A DNA stretch of 64,000 nt, taken from the NCBI GenBank assembly GCA_965238275.1, contig OZ250186.1:1088001-1152000 (forward strand), read 5' to 3'. Positions 31,405 to 38,731 of this stretch are shown here, piece after piece. Position numbers and translations under genes: made by a program. Source of the DNA: Nitrosopumilus sp. GTDB lineage: Archaea > Thermoproteota > Nitrososphaeria > Nitrososphaerales > Nitrosopumilaceae. The notes beneath the pieces are model-generated. The model ran no database searches. It saw only the letters and a list, made by a program, of their open reading frames with translations, and was not told where the DNA came from. How positions within the stretch are numbered: position 1 is the stretch's first letter; every line of letters starts with the position of its first letter.

Positions 31405-31610
31405 AGACATAATCTGTAATTGGGCATAACCCCACTTCTTGATGGCATCCAAGGACACGTGGACGTGGCGCGGGAAGATCTTTCTGGCCAGCGTAGACTT
31501 GTCGCTTTCGGCGATGCCCATAGTCGTGGCCATAGCAATCCGAACACTTGCGACTTGATCCGTAATTGGCAGTCAGGCACAAAGCATGAATTTCTAGGCA
31601 CGCTTGGACA
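31405..31610. mobile_element. Fragments of an IS5-type left end (31405) and a MITE (about 31558)
   Basis: AGACATAATCTGTAATTGGGCATAACC; ATCCGTAATTGGCAGTCAGGCACAAAG. Confidence 0.6.
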
Positions 31611-31755
31611 CGGCGTCGTCGTACATCGTGGAGAAGCTGCAGGACGCCGACGTGTGGACGTGCGAATGCAGGGACTTCATGGCCAAGCTCGTGAGGCACC
31701 AAGACAAGCGGTGCAAGCACACGGCAATCATGCGTAGTCGAAGTTGGTACGTATT

Positions 31756-31971
31756 TCAGCCGGTAAAGCAGTTTTCATAGCCTGCGTATGGTGGATTCGA
31801 GCCATCAAAGCAGTTTTTGCCCACAACGTATCCATACATCAATGGTTCTTCGCCACATACCGTGCAAAGCCGGAGGGACTTTCGCCTTTCATATTCTGCA
31901 AGACACAGGTAGTGTGAACTGTTGCCTGTTCCGTCCGGCACGTCCTTTCCACAAAAACCACAGCCCATCAC
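31756..31971 (-). CDS. Double zinc-finger microprotein, family member 3
   Basis: CGFC...HYLCLAEYERR...CTVCG...KNC...PYAGY. Confidence 0.8.
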   Translation of the reverse strand: MMGCGFCGKDVPDGTGNSSHYLCLAEYERRKSLRLCTVCGEEPLMYGYVVGKNCFDGSNPPYAGYENCFTG

Positions 31972-32076
31972 AATACAGTCTCCTGCATGGTATAAGGACT
32001 AACTACAAAGATATTCATGTCACTAAACAAACAAACAACTCTGAAAGATATTTCAAATTCTAAAAAATGGCAATGA

Positions 32077-32283
32077 CTAATAATTGAGAAAAGGGGATTG
32101 TCCGTCACATTGCTTACACCAAAAATTCCTGCCTGTTTCACGTTCTTTCCCGCACCGGACGCATTTCTTGCCGTCCATCCGTCTTTCAAATTCATTTTCG
32201 CATTTTTCATGGACGAGCCTGCCAAACGAAACATGATTGAATTCTTGCAGTTCCAAGTGACAATATCCACATGGGGTTGCCAT
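32077..32283 (-). CDS. Double zinc-finger microprotein, family member 4
   Basis: CGYC...HEKCENEFERR...CVRCG...CKQC...PFLNY; AT-rich promoter upstream. Confidence 0.8.
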   Translation of the reverse strand: MATPCGYCHLELQEFNHVSFGRLVHEKCENEFERRMDGKKCVRCGKERETGRNFWCKQCDGQSPFLNY

Positions 32284-32375
32284 GAATAATACGAATTTAT
32301 ATTATATTTAAATTTATTAAAAACGCGGGGCCGGGGTGTTTACGGTAGATAATTCTCCCCGGGACCGGTCGGTCG

Positions 32376-32405
32376 GTCTGTGGGTCACTGTAACTTTACA
32401 GTTCC
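32376..32405 (+). repeat. Second copy of the TnpB-associated element end
   Basis: GTCTGTGGGTCACTGTAACTTTACAGTTCC, compared with GTCGCGGGTCACCGTAACTTTACAGAGCC at 5418-5446. Confidence 0.65.
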
Positions 32406-32496
32406 GGCATTTCATAGAATACATTAATCTGTTAATTGCCGGTTTGTTCATTTGGCGGTTTTAAAAAGCCACACTGGCGTTCAAGCATTTGCCATG

Positions 32497-32907
32497 TCAA
32501 CATACACTTTCGCGGTCGCCAAGTGCGGTTCTTGTAGCTTTTATTGCCACGATCCAATCTGGAATGGTAAGCCGCAGGTTTGCGCACAACGCGATGCCCA
32601 TGGCTACAATTCCCAACGCTGTATAATCATCAGTCAGTACCGACAATGACAACCCAAGCCCGAGCAATATCGCGATGAAACTTACCCATCCTGCACCGAC
32701 CCAATCCCACAATGACGGTGTGCGGCGGTGGATTGGGACAGGATTTGGCCAGTATGCACGTAGTCGCAGTCCAAACGCTATCGACATGACCACCAACACG
32801 ATGAGCGTCAATTCATTCATGATCGTCAACCCGTCGATGAGAACCAATGGTATCCCGACCAGCATGGCTGCAAACAGTGCAAGATCATAGATACCCTTGG
32901 CGGTCAT
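32497..32907 (-). CDS. 4-TM membrane protein, paralog of 17456-17878
   Basis: WPNP...SLWDWVGAG...NLRLTIP. Confidence 0.8.
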   Translation of the reverse strand: MTAKGIYDLALFAAMLVGIPLVLIDGLTIMNELTLIVLVVMSIAFGLRLRAYWPNPVPIHRRTPSLWDWVGAGWVSFIAILLGLGLSLSVLTDDYTALGIVAMGIALCANLRLTIPDWIVAIKATRTALGDRESVC

Positions 32908-33062
32908 GGCAAACCACTTCCGAAATCCAACTCGCTGAGTTTTTCCAAGATCAGATTAATATATTCTAAAACATTTACTGGTATTTAGGCCTTGTTTAGA
33001 TTTTCAAGTAATAACACTCTAAGTTGATTTAAATAATTATCAATTTCATCTTTGGTTGTCAT
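32904..33062 (-). pseudogene. Helical peptide B of cassette 2, with an internal TAA
   Basis: MTTKDEIDNYLNQLRVLLLENLNKA*IPVNVLEYINLILEKLSELDFGSGLP; TAATG and ATGA overlaps with its neighbours. Confidence 0.6.
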
Positions 33063-33187
33063 TACTCTCCAACTTTGTCTTTCATTTGTAATAGCAGGTT
33101 CTTTTTTTCTTCGAGATCATCCGTAGATAACGCCTCATCTACCATGTCAATCAATTCCTTGACTGTCTCATTTTCATCCATGGGCAT
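33062..33187 (-). CDS. Acidic helical-hairpin peptide A of cassette 2 (41 aa, not in the ORF track)
   Basis: MPMDENETVKELIDMVDEALSTDDLEEKKNLLLQMKDKVGE; TTTTAATA upstream. Confidence 0.65.
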   Translation of the reverse strand: MPMDENETVKELIDMVDEALSTDDLEEKKNLLLQMKDKVGE

Positions 33188-33215
33188 TATTAGCAAATCT
33201 GATATTAAAATTTTT

Positions 33216-34919
33216 GTATCTGTGTAGTTTTTTGATCAAATGTTGAACTCCATATCTACAATCAGAAAATCCGCGTCTGTCTAATTTTTTAAAACTATTT
33301 TTAATCACTTGATCGAGTTTTTCTCTCCGTCCTAATTTTTAGATCATTGTTGCCCACGGTTTGCATATGTCTGATGATAATTCCGAGTCAAGGATTGCAG
33401 AACTGGAGGAAAAAGTGGGTGTGATGGCAGAGCAGATGGCCGAAAAAGACCGGCAGATGGCCGAAAAAGACCGGCAGATGGCCGAAAAAGACCGGCAGAT
33501 GGCCGAAAAAGACCGGCAGATGGCCGAAAAAGACCGGCAGATGGCCAAACTCGCTGATCTTTACGCTGCCGCCCTCAAACAGATCCAGGATCTCACGGCA
33601 GAGTTGCAGGAGGCAAAGGGCATCATATCGGCTGCCGTTGCAAGGAGCATCGGCGCAAAACCGGACAAAAAGACCGGCAGTACCCGGCGCCGCGCAAAGG
33701 GCAAGGGCAAGGGCAAGGGCAAGCCAAGTGACCACAAACGCACGGGCCTTGCGCGTCCTGAAAGAATAGACGCAGAGGAGACAGCAGATCCGCACACGTG
33801 CGGCAACTGCGGCAGCTCCGACCTCTCAGAATGCGTGTCCACGTACACAAAGGTGGTAAGGGAGGCTGCCAAGACGGAACTAAAGCACATCAAGGTGACA
33901 GTAAAGAGAAGGCGTTGCAGGAACTGCAAGAGGACCGTGTCCGGCAGGACTCCGCTGGCACTGCCAAACTCCAGGTACGGGATCAACTTTATGATAATGA
34001 TGGTCATCCTCCGGCTGCACGGCATGTCAGACCTCAGAATATGCAATATTGTCATGATGATGTACTCGGCAAGAATCACGGAATCTGCGATAAACCGCAT
34101 GGTGTGCAGGATGGCCCGGGAGCTCGGGCCACTGTACGAGAAGATCAGGGAGGAGGTAAGAAACTCGCCTGCGATAAACGGGGACGAGACAATCTGGCGC
34201 GTCGACGGCACAAACTATTGGCTGTGGGTGGCTGTAGCCAGGTACGCCGTAATCTACGAGGTGCACCGCCACAGGAACTCGAAGGTTCCAAAAAAGATGC
34301 TCGGCAAGGACTACCCGGGATGCGTCACGTCTGACTCGTGGGCCGCGTGGAACGTCATCGGGAGCATGCACCAAAAGTGCCACCTTCATTACGCCCGGGA
34401 CATCAAGGACACCCTGAAATACAAGAATCCCGGCGATGACTACAAGCGACACGCAAGGACGCTGCGCGCGATACTGTGGGACTCGCACATCGACGGCGCC
34501 GTTCCGGGAGGAGCCGAAGCACTGGCAGCAAAGAAGAGGCTGGATCGTCGCATCGCGTCACTTATCGGCAGGCTCGAAAAGGACCGCGACTGCAAGCACT
34601 GCAACAGGATGCGCAAGAGGCTGGTGCGGGAAAAAGGCCACCTGTTTGCGTTTCTGGAGACAGACGGCGTCGAATACCACAACAACCGGGCAGAGCGGGC
34701 CATCAGGCCGTGCGTCATCCTGCGCAAGAACAGCAACGGGAGCAGGTCAAAGAAGGGCGCAGATGCCATTGCCACGCTGATGAGCATCAAGCAGACATGC
34801 AAGGCAAGGGGAGATGATCTTGGCACGATCCTGCGCGAGGGCCTGGCTCCACGTCAAAAAACTGCATAGACGCGCGTAGGCATGGAGTTCAACATTTGAT
34901 CAAAAAACTATGCAGTTAC
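33216..34919 (+). mobile_element. IS66-family single-ORF element; transposase about 33367-34869 with (QMAEKDR)5 repeat
   Basis: 38-bp TIR GTA.CTG..TAGTTTTTTGATCAAATGTTGAACTCCAT; 8-bp TSD AAATTTTT; GDETIWRV and HNNRAERAIRP motifs. Confidence 0.93.
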
Positions 34920-34935
34920 AAATTTTTCTGTGTAC

Positions 34936-34982
34936 GGTTCTGGTAAATCCAGGTGATCAGATCACCTGGATTTACCAGTGCC
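34936..34982. repeat. 47-bp near-perfect palindromic MITE
   Basis: GGTTCTGGTAAATCCAGGTGATC-A-GATCACCTGGATTTACCAGTGCC. Confidence 0.85.
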
Positions 34983-35047
34983 GAACCATGCCCGGCGTCC
35001 TGCACGCTCCTAATGCAGTCCTTATACCATTCTCATGCATGCACAGC

Positions 35048-35215
35048 ATGGACAGCGTGTATCTTGAAATCGCCTGCGACGTGTGCGACACGGAAATCAT
35101 TAACATCATGGCTACCCTGGACCAAAATCCCCGGATCGGCAACAGCGTGGACTACGACTGCCCAAAACGCGGCTGCGGCAGCAAGACATTCCATGTTACT
35201 TACGTGCATTATTGA
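35048..35215 (+). CDS. Zinc-ribbon microprotein (55 aa)
   Basis: CDVC ... CPKRGCG; CTTATA upstream. Confidence 0.6.
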   Translation: MDSVYLEIACDVCDTEIINIMATLDQNPRIGNSVDYDCPKRGCGSKTFHVTYVHY

Positions 35216-35257
35216 GCGCGCACGTCACACGAAGAATCAGAAGTATGACTACAATCT

Positions 35258-36349
35258 CTATGCCTGCTCGGGCTGGATTATCTCCATCGGCTTGAGCCAC
35301 GGGACGTTCTGGTCGTTCGTTGCCTGGATCCACATCAGGTACCTGAGTGCTATTTTGCGTTCCGCGTCAGTTACCTTGAAGAACGAGCCGCCTATCCAGC
35401 GCGGCGCTTCGGTTTCGTAGTAGACAGAATGCAAGTCGTCCCTTCCAAGATCACCCTGGACTCTGAACAACGATATCACGAGATCGTCAGTTATCATCTC
35501 CTCTGACAGCGTGCACAACAGGCTGGAGCAAACATTGCCGTTTTTGGTTTTCCCCAGTATGGCCGGATATCCGTGCTTAAATCGTACGTCCTCCAGCCTG
35601 AATGCAATTCCTTCGCCTTCGTAACCAATCTTGGCCTGGTTGGCATGCGTTTCAGGCCCCACGCCGTCCTGGAACCTGCGGAACGTGACAAATATCTTTT
35701 TTTGCTCGTCAAAATAACAGTCGTTCCAGACGTTTGTGAGCGATACGTGGGCCGGAACCTTTGCAGACCTCACGAGCGGCATGGTCTTGGCGCATTCCAG
35801 GTTTTTGCTTTTGGTGTTTGCCAGCGCCTTCCACCCGCTAATGCCGTCGTCTTCCATTTCGCCAGCTTCTATTGCCCTGATTCTCTCCTGCGTGTACTTT
35901 AGTTCTGACTGAAAGTAGTTTACCCTGAAATTCCTGGCACGTGCCTCGTCGTTGGCATCTAGCATGACGTGCTCAAAGACCAGTCCGACGTACTGGAACT
36001 GCGTGTCCAGCATCTTGGTGATCTCCTTGGCCGTGTAGAATCCTTCCTTGAGGCGCATCTGGAAATCCAACTTCTTGCCGTTCTCGGTCCACTTGACCGT
36101 TACCTTGTCCTTGTCGTCCTTTACCGATTCAATCATGTCGTGTTCCAAATGCAGGTATATCCCACGGCTGTGGTGTATGAAGAAAAACTCCATGTTAGTG
36201 ACCAGGAGCCAGCCGTTGCCCTCCGGGGACGTGACCTCTTGCGCAAGCACCATGTGCTCGCCCTTGCGCATGATATAGCCTGACTCGTGCGCGCGCACGC
36301 TCGTGTCTGGTCCTTCCTGCGGCTCCTTTTTCTTCCTGCCAAACATCAT
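35258..36349 (-). CDS. Hypothetical protein with PH-like N-terminal domain
   Basis: Long coding-like ORF; GE......G.LLVTN..FFF pattern typical of prokaryotic PH domains (inference). Confidence 0.75.
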   Translation of the reverse strand: MMFGRKKKEPQEGPDTSVRAHESGYIMRKGEHMVLAQEVTSPEGNGWLLVTNMEFFFIHHSRGIYLHLEHDMIESVKDDKDKVTVKWTENGKKLDFQMRLKEGFYTAKEITKMLDTQFQYVGLVFEHVMLDANDEARARNFRVNYFQSELKYTQERIRAIEAGEMEDDGISGWKALANTKSKNLECAKTMPLVRSAKVPAHVSLTNVWNDCYFDEQKKIFVTFRRFQDGVGPETHANQAKIGYEGEGIAFRLEDVRFKHGYPAILGKTKNGNVCSSLLCTLSEEMITDDLVISLFRVQGDLGRDDLHSVYYETEAPRWIGGSFFKVTDAERKIALRYLMWIQATNDQNVPWLKPMEIIQPEQA

Positions 36350-36486
36350 ACCACACCGGCATCATGCTTAAAAGGACTGTTTCTGCCCGTCATGCATGTT
36401 TTATGCGTGGATCGTTTAAAAATTATAGTAAAGACGCTATAACTATGTTCATTAACCCTTAAATCATATCTTGTACATCTATTGTT

Positions 36487-36732
36487 ATGGAACTGATGTC
36501 AGACGAGGAATGGAACTCGATACAGCCAGACACCAACATATCCAGAAAGGAGAATGCAGATCGTTACGCCACGAGGCTGGCATCAACAGTGGACTGGAAG
36601 AACCTGCCGCCTGAGACTGCCAAGGACATCAAGAAAGCCATGCGCGACACGGCGCACGACATCATAGTGAAGCAAAACAAGATGCCAGGCGGGCATTTTA
36701 TGAACAGGCCGATGGATATCGTGTTTTCGTAA
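36487..36732 (+). CDS. Hypothetical protein (81 aa)
   Basis: Coding-like ORF with CTTAAAT upstream. Confidence 0.65.
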   Translation: MELMSDEEWNSIQPDTNISRKENADRYATRLASTVDWKNLPPETAKDIKKAMRDTAHDIIVKQNKMPGGHFMNRPMDIVFS

Positions 36733-36919
36733 GCGTTTATTAAAAACTACAAACCTTACAAAAACATGATCCAACACCAAACCCAAGTCTGCACAGAACG
36801 CGACCGTTTTGAAAAAAAAACACGCAGGCAATTAGTTTTACACACGTCCCAGACCATGCAGACGTTACGGTTTTGCCGTCGTAGCATTGATAAAATATGA
36901 AATATGTGGAGTGTATGCA

Positions 36920-38014
36920 ATGATATCAAAGCCACCAACCCCGAGAAAACGAGTAGCCATTATCGGCGCTACCGGCTCGGTTGGACAGGAGTTTGTCCGG
37001 TCTCTTGACGGGCATGATTGGTTCGAGGTAACGCAGATAGCCGCCTCTGAACGCTCCGCTGGCAAGAACTATCTTGATGCAATCAGGGACGCAAGCGGCA
37101 TCATCGCATGGGACGTTGGAGGGGAGATACCGGAGTACATAAAATCGATGACCGTGCGCCGGATAGACGGGCTTGACACTTCAAGCCTTGATCTGGTATT
37201 TTCCGCAGTAGAGTCAAAAGCGGCCCGCGACATCGAGACCAGGATGGCGGCCATGCTGCCGGTGGTATCCACGTCGTCCGCGTACCGGTACGAGAAGGAC
37301 GTCCCCATACTCATACCTGGCATCAACGACGCGCAATCGGACCTGCTGGACGTCCAGAGCAGGAACCGCAACTGGAAGGGCTGGGTGGCACCGCTGCCCA
37401 ACTGTACCACGACGGGTCTTGCCATCACGCTAAAACCCCTACTTGACAAGTACGGCGTTAAGCGCGTCTTGATGACGTCGATGCAGGCGATATCCGGCGG
37501 AGGCAAGACCGGGGTGTCTGCGATGGGAATCACAGACAACATACTTCCTTACATACCAAATGAGGAAGACAAGGTCAAAAAGGAGACTAGAAAGATACTC
37601 GGAACGCTCAACGGCGAGAGGATCGAGGACGCCGACATCGGGATCAGTTGTACCTGCACCCGGGTCCCCGTAATCGACGGGCATACCGAGTCGGTGTTCG
37701 TCGAGACTAGAAATGAGATTGACCCGCAAAAGGCAAAGGAGGCGTATCACGACTACAACCATGCGGTGTCGGTGGCCGGGTTGCCGTCGGCGCCAAGAGA
37801 CTATTACGCGTTTCATGAGGATCCTACCAGGCCGCAGCCGCGCATGGAGCGGACCGTGGGCGACGGCATGACTACCACGGTCGGCAGGGTGGAGAAGGAG
37901 GACTTGTTTGAGAACGGGCTCAAATACGTGCTGTTCTCGCACAACAAGAAGATGGGCTCCGCAAAGGGCGCCGTCCTGCTTGCAGAGATGCTGTACACGA
38001 AAGGCAAGATTTGA
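36920..38014 (+). CDS. asd: Aspartate-semialdehyde dehydrogenase
   Basis: IIGATGSVGQ, AASERSAGK, PNCTT, QAISGGG, CTRVPVIDGH and HNKKMGSAKGA motifs. Confidence 0.96.
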   Translation: MISKPPTPRKRVAIIGATGSVGQEFVRSLDGHDWFEVTQIAASERSAGKNYLDAIRDASGIIAWDVGGEIPEYIKSMTVRRIDGLDTSSLDLVFSAVESKAARDIETRMAAMLPVVSTSSAYRYEKDVPILIPGINDAQSDLLDVQSRNRNWKGWVAPLPNCTTTGLAITLKPLLDKYGVKRVLMTSMQAISGGGKTGVSAMGITDNILPYIPNEEDKVKKETRKILGTLNGERIEDADIGISCTCTRVPVIDGHTESVFVETRNEIDPQKAKEAYHDYNHAVSVAGLPSAPRDYYAFHEDPTRPQPRMERTVGDGMTTTVGRVEKEDLFENGLKYVLFSHNKKMGSAKGAVLLAEMLYTKGKI

Positions 38015-38329
38015 GTTTCGTGCAAGACGCAACCATGATTCAGTTTAATGGCGTGGAACCGTTGATTTGGATTTCCTAAATCTTGAGCGTGTTGCCGCAT
38101 TCCTTGCATCTCATGCAGCCAGATATGGATTCGCGTAAAAACGCCTGGATCATGGTTAAGACGGCAGGACTCGAAATTACTCTGCTGGCCATCAGGGTGG
38201 AATTGGAAGAATCGTCAAGCAACCGTCCCCACCATGCGCTGGTAACTATTTATGAAAAAAAACGTGCGCGAAGTGCTTGGCGTGTAGTGGATCAGACAGG
38301 TTATAAAATGCAAGCACTATGTCTTGTTA

Positions 38330-38527
38330 ATGACAAGCGAATACGAGGAATTGGTGGCAGAAAAAGAACAAATTGAAGCAGAATATGGACAAATCGTTGA
38401 AGGCCAAGCACAAGCCATACATGACGGGCAAGAATGGGCATTAGATGATGGTGAGAGAAGGAAAGACGAAATACGGGTTAGGTTGGGGGAAATCGACCAG
38501 CGGTTAACCGAGATACGCGGTTCTTGA
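38330..38527 (+). CDS. Small acidic helical-hairpin protein (65 aa)
   Basis: MTSEYEELVAEKEQIE...; TTATAAAA about 25 bp upstream. Confidence 0.65.
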   Translation: MTSEYEELVAEKEQIEAEYGQIVEGQAQAIHDGQEWALDDGERRKDEIRVRLGEIDQRLTEIRGS

Positions 38528-38731
38528 ATTGCCTCTGCATGTATTCTATGCGTCGGCGCGAGGAATACGCCGTGTTGTCCGGCCCTTTCTGATCACAACA
38601 CGGGGATCATAAGATGGCATGAAGTTTCTTTCGGCAGTTGGTAGTGAAATCGTTTGGCATAACGGGTTGGTTTTAGCGGGCAGGTTTGGCGCGAATTTGG
38701 TCGTTGCGAGAGGTTTTATTGATTACTTGGA

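Noticed and set aside
33432-33546. 21-bp tandem repeats as a possible CRISPR array
   Set aside because: No spacers; in-frame coding repeat inside a transposase.
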